The notes beneath the pieces were generated by a model that worked only from the letters and a program-made list of their open reading frames with translations, was not told the origin of the DNA and ran no database searches. Below are positions 8,652 to 18,404 of a stretch of DNA of 64,000 nt, one piece after another (position 1 is the first letter of the stretch; the number at the start of each line of letters is the position of its first letter). A program made the position numbers and the translations under genes. The stretch is from an uncultured Faecalibacterium sp. (GTDB lineage: Bacteria > Bacillota > Clostridia > Oscillospirales > Acutalibacteraceae): positions 1,353-65,352 of the forward strand of contig CAYNIN010000001.1 of assembly GCA_964397395.1 (NCBI GenBank). The letters run 5' to 3'.

Positions 8652-9938
8652 TTATTTAATCTGTACTCCGCCGTAGGGTCTTATCGAAAGAACATAGCAT
8701 GAGTCATCTCCGAAGATTGACTTCATAGCGTCGGTATAGGTATCAATCATTTCGTTTGGTACAAATGCCTGAATGGTACCTGCAAAACCGCCGCCGTGAA
8801 CTCTCCAGGCACCCTTGCCGCCGAGAATCTGCTGACTTACTGCAAGAGCAAGGGAAAGGGGCTGGTTTTTGGGAGCCTTACAGGTGTATACGTTCTGATT
8901 ATACATATATGAGGAATTACCGCTTGCAATAATCAGTTCCTTGAATTTTTCAAAATCCTTTTCGGCAAGAGCCTGACTCTGTGCAATAACCTTTTCGTTT
9001 TCGCCGAAGAAATGAAGTGCTCTTATAACGGCTCTTTCACCTTTCTGCTTTGCAATTTCGCCTGCGTTTTTAATCACGTCTTCCTTGGTGCATTCACGCA
9101 GAACTTTTTTACCGAAAAATTCTGCAACGCTTTCCATTTCACTTCTTACTGCCGCATATTCGTCAGTAAGGTCTGAATGACTGCCCTTTGTGTCAACAAT
9201 ACAAAGAGAGTGACCCGACTTTGAAAAATCAAAGTCAATCTTTTTGATGACGGGTTTATTTGTATCTTCAAAGTCGATGGAAACAAATCCGCCCACGGAA
9301 CAAGCAGTCTGGTCAAGAAGACCGCAGGGTTTATCAAAGTAAACATTTTCACTGTACTGCGAAATCTTTGCAATTTCAACGGGGTCAACCTTGCCGTCAT
9401 TATAAAGGTGGTTGAGCATTGTGCATACAAGCACTTCAAAGGCGGCGGAAGATGAAAGACCTGAGCCTGAAAGCACCTGGGAAGCCGTTGTTGCATCAAA
9501 ACCGCCGACGTTATAGCCGAGTTCCTTGAATCTTGCAACAATACCTCTTACAATTGACTGGCTCTTGCCCTTTTCGCAGTCTTTGACCTGAAGGTCATCA
9601 CAACAAACCTTATCAAGAGGATAGCCTGCCGACTTGATTCGTACAATACCCTCGTCATTTTTGGAAGCCACCGCAATAGCGTCAAGGCTGATACCTGCAG
9701 CAAGAACAAGACCGTGATTGTGGTCGGTGTGATTGCCGCCGATTTCACTTCTGCCGGGAGCAGAGAAAAGACCTACTTCACGTTGACCTTCTTTGTCGAA
9801 AAGTTCACGGAAGGCATCAAGAACCCGAAGATATCTTTCATACTGCTTTGCATAATTTTCCTTTTCATAAACCACAGAAAAACATTCGTCGAGTTGCTTC
9901 TCTTTCAGGAGTTTTTCCATTTCATTTGTTTTAATCAT
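8652..9938 (-). CDS. galK: Galactokinase
   Basis: GRSEIGGNHTDHNHG (galactokinase signature) and GSGLSSSAAFEV (GHMP ATP motif). I chose the ATG at 9938; the track start is a TTG. Confidence 0.9.
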   Translation of the reverse strand: MIKTNEMEKLLKEKQLDECFSVVYEKENYAKQYERYLRVLDAFRELFDKEGQREVGLFSAPGRSEIGGNHTDHNHGLVLAAGISLDAIAVASKNDEGIVRIKSAGYPLDKVCCDDLQVKDCEKGKSQSIVRGIVARFKELGYNVGGFDATTASQVLSGSGLSSSAAFEVLVCTMLNHLYNDGKVDPVEIAKISQYSENVYFDKPCGLLDQTACSVGGFVSIDFEDTNKPVIKKIDFDFSKSGHSLCIVDTKGSHSDLTDEYAAVRSEMESVAEFFGKKVLRECTKEDVIKNAGEIAKQKGERAVIRALHFFGENEKVIAQSQALAEKDFEKFKELIIASGNSSYMYNQNVYTCKAPKNQPLSLALAVSQQILGGKGAWRVHGGGFAGTIQAFVPNEMIDTYTDAMKSIFGDDSCYVLSIRPYGGVQIK

Positions 9939-9951
9939 ATTTATCAACCTT

Positions 9952-10680
9952 TCATTTGTTGTTATTTCTTTTGTTGCTTTTCATTCCTATTCCCTCTCCG
10001 ACCAGCAAAAGCACCAATCCCGACAGAAAGGAAAGGATAATAATAGGTAAGATGAAACTTGTTGAAGCAGGGTCAAAGACATTATAACCGATGATTGTGT
10101 ATGTAATAAGTTTGTGGCCGTACCCTGCAAGAGAAATGAGAAGGAATTTCCATAATTTCATATCCGTTGTTCCGTAAAGGGTGCTGACTTTATTAAGGGG
10201 CATCAAAGGAAGGAACCTGAGCAGAAACAGAACCACGGGTGAGCCGATTTTATGCTCTGTCACATAGCGGTATATAGTTTGATTTTTTGAAATTATTTTT
10301 TCAGCATTACCTGCACCGAATCTTTTACCCCAATAATATTTCGCTGTAAAGGCAATAGAAATTCCGACGGCATTTATTGCAATTGCTATATACCATTCAA
10401 AAACCACACCGCAGGCAAGGCAGATACAGGCAACGGGACACCAAGGGAAAGCCGCCCACACAAGATAGTTGAGCAGAACGAAAACCACCGTTATCCAGGA
10501 CGGGCCGTAGGTCTGAATCCAATTTTCATAGGAAAGTAAGGTCTGGGTATATTTACCGTACCAGATATTGAACTCCTCAAGATGAAAAATCCTCAGGAGT
10601 ACCGCTAAAACAAGGGCAAAGAGAAAACAAAAAAATGCCCCTACGGTAAAACTGTTATAAAACTTTTTGTTTTTATTCAA
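9952..10680 (-). CDS. Multi-pass membrane protein, TVP38/TMEM64 (VTT/DedA-like) family
   Basis: 242 aa with 5-6 TM helices. The FLLRFLPLMPLNKVSTLYG segment resembles a VTT domain. TTG start 7 nt after AAGGAG. Confidence 0.5.
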   Translation of the reverse strand: MNKNKKFYNSFTVGAFFCFLFALVLAVLLRIFHLEEFNIWYGKYTQTLLSYENWIQTYGPSWITVVFVLLNYLVWAAFPWCPVACICLACGVVFEWYIAIAINAVGISIAFTAKYYWGKRFGAGNAEKIISKNQTIYRYVTEHKIGSPVVLFLLRFLPLMPLNKVSTLYGTTDMKLWKFLLISLAGYGHKLITYTIIGYNVFDPASTSFILPIIILSFLSGLVLLLVGEGIGMKSNKRNNNK

Positions 10681-10872
10681 GATTTTTCTCCTTAATCTGT
10701 TTTAAGACATAAAATTATACAGTATATATTTTATAATATATAATCATTTTGGTCAACCCGATTTGTTAAAATTATTGAAAAAATTATAGCCTTTGTGTAT
10801 ATTTTATTCCGTAAACGGTGACAACTTTACTCAAATATGATAGAATTATAAAAAAGATATATGGAGGCATTT

Positions 10873-11832
10873 ATGAAACTTGTAATTCTTGATGCATACA
10901 CGGAAAACCCCGGTGACCTTTCTTGGAAATGGTTAAGTGATGTTGTTGACGAATATGAAATTTACGACATTACTCCCCCTGAAAAAATCATCGAAAGATG
11001 CAAGGGTGCAGAAATAATCGTTACAAATAAAACCATTATAACAAAAGAAATTATTCAGGCTCTTGACTCTCTTAAATTCATTTCAACTCTTTCAACGGGC
11101 TATAACACAATTGACCTTGAAGAAACGAACAAAAGAGGTATCATTGTTTCAAACATTCCTGCTTACAGCACTGACGGCGTTGCTCAGCTTGTTTTTGCTC
11201 TGCTTCTTGAAATGACTAATCACACGGCTCTTCACAATAACAGCGTCAAGAAAGGTGAATGGTGCGAAAGTGAACATTTCTGTTATTGGAAAGCACCTAT
11301 CGCCGAACTTGCGCACAAAGTTTTCGGCATCATCGGTTTCGGTAAAATCGGCTCGGCGGTGGCAAACATTGCCAATGCTTTCGGTATGAAAGTTCTTGCA
11401 TTTTCGCCTAACACCAGAAGTTACAACGGTTTCGGTCAGGTGGAATTTGCCGACATGGAAACTCTTATTAAAGAAAGTGACGTTATCTCTCTGCACTGCC
11501 CTCTCACAAAGGAAACAACGGGACTTGTTGATATAAACTTCCTTGAAAAGATGAAAAGCACCGCCTACCTCATTAACACTTCAAGAGGTCCCGTAGTAAA
11601 TGAAAAGGATCTGAAAAAAGCACTTGACGAGGGTATCATCGCAGGGGCAGGTGTTGATGTGCTTTCCACAGAGCCGCCTTCAAAGGATAATCCGTTGCTT
11701 TATTGCGAAAAGTGCCTTATTACGCCTCATATAGCCTGGGCAAGTCTTGAAGCCAGAACACGACTTATGAATATTTTCAGAAGTAATATCGAGGGCTTTG
11801 TCAAAGGCGAATATGTTAATGTGGTGAAATAA
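10873..11832 (+). CDS. D-isomer-specific 2-hydroxyacid dehydrogenase (glycerate dehydrogenase-like)
   Basis: Rossmann motif GIIGFGKIGSAVA, plus RGPVVNEKDL and TPHIAW. I chose the ATG at 10873, 5 nt after GGAGG. Confidence 0.85.
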   Translation: MKLVILDAYTENPGDLSWKWLSDVVDEYEIYDITPPEKIIERCKGAEIIVTNKTIITKEIIQALDSLKFISTLSTGYNTIDLEETNKRGIIVSNIPAYSTDGVAQLVFALLLEMTNHTALHNNSVKKGEWCESEHFCYWKAPIAELAHKVFGIIGFGKIGSAVANIANAFGMKVLAFSPNTRSYNGFGQVEFADMETLIKESDVISLHCPLTKETTGLVDINFLEKMKSTAYLINTSRGPVVNEKDLKKALDEGIIAGAGVDVLSTEPPSKDNPLLYCEKCLITPHIAWASLEARTRLMNIFRSNIEGFVKGEYVNVVK

Positions 11833-11880
11833 TTACCGCTTCAGCACTGTTACGGCATAAATACGGTATATAAATACAGA

Positions 11881-11920
11881 CTCCCCTTTGTAACTGTCAA
11901 TACAAAGAGGAGTTCTTAAT
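11881..11920 (+). terminator. Terminator after the dehydrogenase gene
   Basis: Stem ctcccctttgta / tacaaagaggag (11 of 12 bp), followed by ttcttaat. Confidence 0.55.
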
Positions 11921-11922
11921 AA

Positions 11923-11956
11923 CAGCAGAAAACACTCCCCGATAACGAGGAGTGTT
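11923..11956 (-). terminator. Putative terminator after the acidic surface-protein gene
   Basis: Stem aacactcc / ggagtgtt with a 10-nt loop. The U tract on the minus strand is weak. Confidence 0.4.
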
Positions 11957-11985
11957 AATTTTAGTATTTGAAGATTTTAAATGAA

Positions 11986-12864
11986 TCAGTCTTCCTTTTT
12001 CTTGAGGCAAACGAAAGCAGCAGCGGATGCTACGGAAAGAGTAGCGATTGCTACGATAACAGCGGAAGTGTCGCCTGTCTTGGGAACTTCTGTTGTTACA
12101 ACTTCAGGAACCTTTGTTGTGGATTCTGTTGTTTCTGTGGGTTCTTCAACCGTGCCGTCAACATAACCGATGTAAAGGTTAGCAAAGAAGTTAACGATTT
12201 CGTTATCAAGCATTGCTTCGATTGTTGTTGTGTCAAGACCGAGAGATTCAAGACCTGAAAGAATTGTATCTGCAATGCCTGCCATAAGGTCAGTTGTTGC
12301 ATAGGATGTTGAGGATGAACCTGTTGATGCAAGGAGAGTTGAAACGTCAACGTTACCGATTGCACTAAGGTCAAATGTGCTCAGATCTACACCTGCACCT
12401 GACATTGATTCTGAAACAACTGCAAGAAGATCGTCAAGACCTGCAACTTCAAAACCGCTGAACATATCAGTGAGAGCGGTTGTATCCATTTCTGATGAAA
12501 GAATGTTTGTCAGCCATGTGAGGTCAAGCACTGAAGTGTTTGCTGCTGCGGTTGTTTCCGGTTCTTCAACAACTTCTTCGTCAGTTACTTCTTCATCAGT
12601 TGCTTCTTCATCAGTTGCTTCTTCTGAAGTTTCTTCTGTTCCTGTGAAATCAGCAAGAAGTGAGTCAAGATCAAGACTTCCGAGGTCAAGGTCTGCAAGC
12701 ATTGCTTCAATTTCTTCTGTGGAGAAGGAACTTACATCAATGTCGCCGAAATATTCGTTGAGAATATCTTCAAGACCTGTTGTTTCTGATACTGCTGATA
12801 CTGTGGGGATAAGCATACATAAGCAAAGGGAAACTGCTACGATAATGCCAAAAATCTTTTTCAT
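11986..12864 (-). CDS. Very acidic cell-surface protein with a signal peptide and a C-terminal sortase-type anchor (VPKTG + TM + KKKED)
   Basis: 292 aa. Signal peptide ..PTVSA. (ATDEE)n acidic repeat. Repeated h-x-x-h-G-h-D modules (YFGDIDVSSF, SGAGVDLSTF, LESLGLDTTTIEAML). C-terminus is VPKTGDTSAVIVAIATLSVASAAAFVCLKKKED. Confidence 0.8.
   Translation of the reverse strand: MKKIFGIIVAVSLCLCMLIPTVSAVSETTGLEDILNEYFGDIDVSSFSTEEIEAMLADLDLGSLDLDSLLADFTGTEETSEEATDEEATDEEVTDEEVVEEPETTAAANTSVLDLTWLTNILSSEMDTTALTDMFSGFEVAGLDDLLAVVSESMSGAGVDLSTFDLSAIGNVDVSTLLASTGSSSTSYATTDLMAGIADTILSGLESLGLDTTTIEAMLDNEIVNFFANLYIGYVDGTVEEPTETTESTTKVPEVVTTEVPKTGDTSAVIVAIATLSVASAAAFVCLKKKED
12576..12635 (-). repeat. Tandem 15-nt coding repeat (about 4 units) encoding (A/V)TDEE
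   Basis: cttcgtcagttactt / cttcatcagttgctt / cttcatcagttgctt / cttctgaagtttctt. Confidence 0.7.
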
Positions 12865-12986
12865 TTAAAATCAAATCCTTTCTAACGCTTATATAAACGG
12901 CAAAAGCCGAAATATTTCTATCACTGAAGTATTATACTATATGTAGATACAAAAATCAATAGTTATACATATATTTTTTTATTTTT

Positions 12987-13976
12987 TTACCAATAAATAT
13001 ATACGTCAAGTCCCTTTACTTTGTATGTCATAAATTCTTCGGAACTTGATTTTGTGAAGCCGTTTTCTTCAAGTGCATCACAGAAAATCTCACGCATTTC
13101 TTTATCTTTCATTGTTAAACGGGAATTAAGAGTAATTTCCGAACGGTCACTCATCTTATCAAGTCTGCCGGGCACAAAGCCTGTGCACCACCAATATTTC
13201 GCATAATCTCTTGTGTAGATTTCTACACCGTCACGGTATGCGGTACAAGTCATATAGAGTGCGTCTTCGTTACTTGCGCAGTCATAATATTCGGCATCTC
13301 TTGAAGGATCTTTGGTGTAAACACCGATTTCAGTACCGATGAAAATCATACCGTACTGACCTTTCCAGAACTGAATGCACCAATCTTTATTATCATAGTT
13401 GAACTTGCAACGGAAAGTATCAAGATAGAAAATGGCAAAGGGTGAAAGCACGTCATAAATTTCACCGTAGCCGATTGCTCTCTGCCAGGGGTCGCTGCTT
13501 GTAAAGTAGTAGTTACCGTCGGAACTGTACTGATAACCTGCAAGACCGTCGTCAAAAACAGCACCGTTTGAATCGCCCGAAAGGGCAGCGGCTGTTGTTG
13601 ACTGAGTTGTGGGCATTGTTACCGTCTGAGTCGTTGTAGCCTGAGTAGTAGGCTGGGTTGTGGTGGGCAACGTGGGAGCAGTTGTAGTTTCCGTTGTTGT
13701 CTGAGTTGTAGACTCTGTTGTTGAAACGGCAAATGTAGTGATAACTGACTGTGCCGTTGTGATTTGTGTTGTGGGAACTTCAAAAGTTGTGCTTTCTGTT
13801 GTGGGAACAGTTGTAGTTTCCGTTGTTGCCTGAGTTGAAATGTTATATGTAGGCTGAACTGTTGTAGCCGGTTCAAGTGAATTTTTCATCGCACGTACAC
13901 CGAGGAAAGAGCCGATGCAAACAACTACCAGCACTACAAGTGCAACCACTCCTGTGTTTATTTTTACGTTCTTCAT
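12987..13976 (-). CDS. Secreted/membrane-anchored protein: N-terminal TM/signal, Thr-rich linker, and a C-terminal DUF4474-like domain
   Basis: 329 aa. The C-terminal ~190 aa (SDPWQRAIGYGEIYDV..NKDWCIQFWKGQYGMIFIGTEIGVY..YWWCTGFVPG) is a paralog of the C-terminus of the 6482..8554 product. Confidence 0.8.
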   Translation of the reverse strand: MKNVKINTGVVALVVLVVVCIGSFLGVRAMKNSLEPATTVQPTYNISTQATTETTTVPTTESTTFEVPTTQITTAQSVITTFAVSTTESTTQTTTETTTAPTLPTTTQPTTQATTTQTVTMPTTQSTTAAALSGDSNGAVFDDGLAGYQYSSDGNYYFTSSDPWQRAIGYGEIYDVLSPFAIFYLDTFRCKFNYDNKDWCIQFWKGQYGMIFIGTEIGVYTKDPSRDAEYYDCASNEDALYMTCTAYRDGVEIYTRDYAKYWWCTGFVPGRLDKMSDRSEITLNSRLTMKDKEMREIFCDALEENGFTKSSSEEFMTYKVKGLDVYIYW

Positions 13977-14164
13977 CCGTTAAACCTCCGTTGCAAATAT
14001 ATGATAAAAATTATAAGGGCATTTTAATACATCTAATAGAATAACAGAAATATGCAATTCGGTCAAGTATGTTTCAATAATGTTTACAATTTTATTTTAC
14101 TCAATCCGAATAAAGCATAAAAGAACTGCCCCGAAGGGACAGTTCTCGCTTATATTCGAAGTTA

Positions 14165-15532
14165 TCAGTTGTTACCGAAAATGTTTCTGCCCTTGAATAC
14201 GGGGAGAACATCGCTTTCGTCTTCGTCTGCATCATCAAAGATTGAACCGCTTTTCTTTGCGGGAGTTTCAATTACATCATAAGCCTGTGCAGGAGCCTCC
14301 TGGGCGGGTGCTTCCTCCTGTACGGGAGCAGTTGCAATGGGCTCGAAGATACCCTGATTGTTTGTATTGTTAGCCTGAACTGCTTTTTCAAAAATTGATG
14401 CAAAACTCTGACCGAACTTTGTTGAAGCAAAGTCAACTGCCTCACGGTTGGCACCTGAGAAAATTGTTCCTGCAGATGCGCCTCTTGCTGACTGGCTGAT
14501 AAATTCGGGAGCACCTTCAACCTGAGGCTGAACTGCTGCGCCCTGAGCCTGCTGAACGGGGGCTTCGTCTTTCTTCTGCATACCGAAGCCTGTTGCAATA
14601 ACGGTAATGAGCATTTCGTCACCCATATCTTCATCAAATACCGAACCGAAGATGATGTTTGCATCGGGATGTGTTGCATCAGCGATAAGTGAACCTGCCT
14701 GCTCAATCATATCAAGGGACATATCAGATGAACATGTAACGTTGATGATAACACCGCTTGCACCGTCAATTGCAGTTTCAAGCAGAGGACTTGTAATAGC
14801 CTGCTTCGTCGCTTCTGCGGCACACTCTGCACCCTTGCCTCTACCGATACCCATATGAGCAAGACCTGCGTCTTTCATTACGCTCTTGATATCTGCAAAG
14901 TCAAGGTTGATGTAGCCGGGAACTTTGATTGTGTCGGAAATACTCTTAACACCCTGCCAGAGCACTTCGTTTGCCTTGCCGAAAGCATCTCTCATTGAAA
15001 GGGACTTGTCACCTAAAAGTTTGAGTCTTTCGTTGGGGATTACGATAAGGCTGTCAACGTGCTTTTCGAGTTCTCTGATGCCGTCTTCTGCCTGCTGCAT
15101 TCTCTTTCTGCCTTCGAATTTGAAAGGCTTTGTAACGATACCTACGGTGAGGGCACCGAGTTCTCTTGCAATTTCCGCAACAACGGGAGCCGCACCTGTA
15201 CCTGTACCGCCGCCCATACCGGCAGTAATGAATACCATATCCGTTGAACGCAGAGCGTCTGCAATAATGTCACGGCTTTCTTCGGCTGCTCTCTTACCTA
15301 CTGCGGGATCACCGCCGGCACCCATGCAACCTGTAACCTTTTCACCGATTTGAATTTTATGGTCTGCTTTGGAATTTTCGAGAATCTGTCTGTCGGTATT
15401 GATTGAAAGAAATTCAACGCCGATAATACCTGACTCAACCATTGAGTTAACGGCATTACCGCCGCCACCGCCTACACCGACAACTTTGATCTGATTATAA
15501 GCGATATTTTCGTTATCCATTATGAAGCCCAT
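14165..15532 (-). CDS. ftsZ: Cell division GTPase FtsZ
   Basis: [10 protein letters not shown] and [10 protein letters not shown] tubulin signature. It has a long disordered linker and a C-terminal peptide [18 protein letters not shown] 6 nt upstream. Confidence 0.95.
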   Translation of the reverse strand: MGFIMDNENIAYNQIKVVGVGGGGGNAVNSMVESGIIGVEFLSINTDRQILENSKADHKIQIGEKVTGCMGAGGDPAVGKRAAEESRDIIADALRSTDMVFITAGMGGGTGTGAAPVVAEIARELGALTVGIVTKPFKFEGRKRMQQAEDGIRELEKHVDSLIVIPNERLKLLGDKSLSMRDAFGKANEVLWQGVKSISDTIKVPGYINLDFADIKSVMKDAGLAHMGIGRGKGAECAAEATKQAITSPLLETAIDGASGVIINVTCSSDMSLDMIEQAGSLIADATHPDANIIFGSVFDEDMGDEMLITVIATGFGMQKKDEAPVQQAQGAAVQPQVEGAPEFISQSARGASAGTIFSGANREAVDFASTKFGQSFASIFEKAVQANNTNNQGIFEPIATAPVQEEAPAQEAPAQAYDVIETPAKKSGSIFDDADEDESDVLPVFKGRNIFGNN

Positions 15533-15616
15533 TTTACTTCCTCCTGTTAATATATTTGAACTGAAATTATAGTTTTATTGACGCCTAAGAAGGCATAACA
15601 ACTTATTATTCACGTT

Positions 15617-15645
15617 ATTATAACACATCTTAACAGAAAATACAA
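15617..15645 (-). promoter_or_regulatory. Candidate promoter for ftsZ
   Basis: Minus strand: TTGTAT, 17 nt, TATAAT, with TG at the extended -10 position (tgtTATAAT). It lies in the 175-nt ftsQ-ftsZ spacer. Confidence 0.4.
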
Positions 15646-15707
15646 TAAGAAAGCAATATAAATTTTTTACAATTTTTAAATTTAAAAAATCGCATCGCAA
15701 TTTGCCT

Positions 15708-16991
15708 TTATTTAGCCTCCATTGAGCCCACATAAAGATAGGCTTTGTTACTGTATCGCAGGTCAATATACGCCTTCTGTCCCTCGGCAACTCCCTTGAG
15801 CATGGTTTCGGCACCCAGAGAAAGTTGACTTTCGATTTCTCCCCCATCACCGAGATAGAGTCTGACTCTTGAATCATAGGTAAAGGTTATATCCGTCAGG
15901 TCCTTTACGTTCAGTATGCCCTTTTTGAAACTTCCGTTTTCTTTAAGAGCGGAAATTATACGCTTTGCCGTCTCATATCTTTCTGCGTTTTCTTCACTCG
16001 GCACAAAGGTTGCGCACAGTTCGATTTCCTGCTTTTCAAGACCGTCTATTCTGTACATACCCTCGGAAAGTTTCTTCTTTTTAAGCAGAAGGATTTTATC
16101 ATAATCGTCCACACAGAAAAAGTCCGAACCGTTTTTAATAAGCAGGGTTTCCTTTGTGGGTGTCACCGTAATGGTAAGGGTATCGGGAAGAGTGCGTTTG
16201 ATTTCGGCACTGTGAATATAAGGATAAGTCTGCGTAAGCACTTCGTTGACTTTGCTTTCTCTGATGCTGAGCATATTCAGCCCTTTATAGATGTTGGCTG
16301 TTTCCGTTATCTGCTTTTTTGAGTAAACCGTTTCGCCTTCGAGTTTGATTGTCTGCAAAATAGCACCGTTGTTATATGCGTACCAGCCCGCAACGCCGAA
16401 AACAAAAAGCATAACGGTAAGCGTTGTAAGCAGTGCCGCAAGTTTTCTTTTCTTGCGTTTGTTTTTTGCTCTGCCCTTGCTGATTTCATCGTGGGATTTT
16501 CCCTGTCTTAAACTTTCACGGTACTTCTCCTCGGATTTGTTGAGTTTCTTTTTGTTGTTAACGGCTTTTTTCTCTGCGGTTTTTCTCTGTTTCTGCTGAT
16601 CGAGTGCTTTAGCCGATTCGGAAATAGGCCTGTCCTTTTCGGGAACATTACGCATATCTTTGCCCTTCGGTTTACGGCTCTTGGGAGCACTCTTTTTCTT
16701 TTCCGCCCTTTGCTTCGGTGCCTGTTTTTTACTTTGAGATGCTTTATTCCCTTTCGCACTTTCTGATATTCTTTCGGGCATTGCACTTTTATTCTTGTTT
16801 GATGCAGCCGTTGTTTTTTTGGTCTGTGCTTTTTTTCTCGGTGCATTCGTCGGCGCTTTCTGCGGCGAACTCTTTGTTAAATTTATCGGCGTTCCCGTAC
16901 TTATGACTTCGTACATATCGGAGGTCACGTTTTTAACTTCACCTGCACCGTTTTCTTTATAAAAATTCAGACTGTCGGAATTTTTGTTCAT
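15708..16991 (-). CDS. ftsQ: Cell division protein FtsQ/DivIB with a long lysine-rich N-terminal extension
   Basis: A single TM helix (LAALLTTLTVMLFVFGVAGWYAY) is followed by a POTRA-like region (IKLEGETVYSKKQI..). It sits in the canonical position before ftsZ. The start is ambiguous: ATG at 16991 or GTG at 17003. Confidence 0.75.
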   Translation of the reverse strand: MNKNSDSLNFYKENGAGEVKNVTSDMYEVISTGTPINLTKSSPQKAPTNAPRKKAQTKKTTAASNKNKSAMPERISESAKGNKASQSKKQAPKQRAEKKKSAPKSRKPKGKDMRNVPEKDRPISESAKALDQQKQRKTAEKKAVNNKKKLNKSEEKYRESLRQGKSHDEISKGRAKNKRKKRKLAALLTTLTVMLFVFGVAGWYAYNNGAILQTIKLEGETVYSKKQITETANIYKGLNMLSIRESKVNEVLTQTYPYIHSAEIKRTLPDTLTITVTPTKETLLIKNGSDFFCVDDYDKILLLKKKKLSEGMYRIDGLEKQEIELCATFVPSEENAERYETAKRIISALKENGSFKKGILNVKDLTDITFTYDSRVRLYLGDGGEIESQLSLGAETMLKGVAEGQKAYIDLRYSNKAYLYVGSMEAK

Positions 16992-17090
16992 AACGAAATG
17001 CACTCTCCTTTCATATATAAATAAAGAACGGCCGTATACTGCTAAAAAGAGATACAGCCGCCCGAAAAACTCAATTTTAATTTTAACCCG

Positions 17091-18344
17091 TTATCCCCGT
17101 CTTATCTCTGCGCCCAGGTTTTTCAGGTCATCTTCGATTTTTTCGTAGCCTCTGTCAATATGACTGACCTGCTCGATAACCGTTGTGCCTTTTGCCCCAA
17201 GACCTGCCACAACAAGAGCCGCACCGCCCCTTAAATCCGGAGAATATACCGTTGCCGGATAAAGTTGGTCTGTGCCGTCAATCAAAGCCACTTTTCCTTC
17301 AATTTTAATTTTTGCACCCATTCTCGCAAGTTCACCGACATGCTTGAAACGGCTTTCAAAAATATTTTCTACTATTACACTCGTACCCCTTGCCGTCGAA
17401 AGCATTGCCATAATCGGTGCCTGTGCATCGGTAGGAAAGCCCGGATAAGGCATTGTGCGTATATCCCTGACCGCACGGGGCCGTTTGTCTGTTCTGATTC
17501 TCAGGGAGTCACCCCTGTTTTCAATCTGACACCCTGCCGCTTCAAAAACGGGAATGACAGACATAAAATGATTTGTGTTGACTTTACTGAGTACAACATC
17601 GCCTCTTGTCACAACTGCCGCCGCCATATATGTAAGGGCAACAATTCTGTCGGGCATTACGGTATACTCACAGCCGTGTGCCGACTTCACACCGTCAATT
17701 ATTACGGTGCCGTGTGAACGGATATCAATTCTGCAACCGCATCGGCAAAGAAAATTTGCAAGGTCTTCGATTTCCGGTTCCCTTGCCGCATTAAGTATTA
17801 CTGTTCTGCCCTTTGAAAGAGCCGCCGCAAGAATTATATTTTCCGTTGCACCCACGCTGGGAAAAGAAAGACTGATAACCGTCATTTCAGAACTCTCATT
17901 TTTTCGGCAGGTAATAAGACCGTGGCTTTCATCAATTTCAAAGCCCATCTTTTCAAGGGAACTCAAATGAAGATCAATGGGTCTTAAACCGATTTCACAA
18001 CCGCCGGGAGCAGAAAGCACCGCCTCACCCGTTCTGCCCGATATTGAACCGAGAAAAACAATTGACGAGCGCATCTCCCGCATAAGAGAGTCAGGTATAT
18101 TATAGCACGATATCCTCGACGAATCAACGGTAACGGTGTTATTTCCTCTTTTTACTTTACAGCCAAGATGTTCAAGAATTTTAACCGCCGCATCAACATC
18201 GGTAAGATTCGGGCAGTTATGTATGACACACACTCCGTCAACGAGTACCGTTGCCGCAAGAATGGGCAATGCACTGTTTTTTGACCCTTGAACATCAACC
18301 TCACCTTTGAGATGCCGTCCTCCGTCAACAATAAAACTGCCCAT
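17091..18344 (-). CDS. murA: UDP-N-acetylglucosamine 1-carboxyvinyltransferase
   Basis: 417 aa. GSKNSALPILAA, and the active-site Cys context PGGCEIGLRPIDLH. Confidence 0.92.
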   Translation of the reverse strand: MGSFIVDGGRHLKGEVDVQGSKNSALPILAATVLVDGVCVIHNCPNLTDVDAAVKILEHLGCKVKRGNNTVTVDSSRISCYNIPDSLMREMRSSIVFLGSISGRTGEAVLSAPGGCEIGLRPIDLHLSSLEKMGFEIDESHGLITCRKNESSEMTVISLSFPSVGATENIILAAALSKGRTVILNAAREPEIEDLANFLCRCGCRIDIRSHGTVIIDGVKSAHGCEYTVMPDRIVALTYMAAAVVTRGDVVLSKVNTNHFMSVIPVFEAAGCQIENRGDSLRIRTDKRPRAVRDIRTMPYPGFPTDAQAPIMAMLSTARGTSVIVENIFESRFKHVGELARMGAKIKIEGKVALIDGTDQLYPATVYSPDLRGGAALVVAGLGAKGTTVIEQVSHIDRGYEKIEDDLKNLGAEIRRG

Positions 18345-18404
18345 ATCATCACACCTTTCACATCATCTTATGCAAAGAAACGGAAAGCCGTGATTAAAAA
18401 AGGG

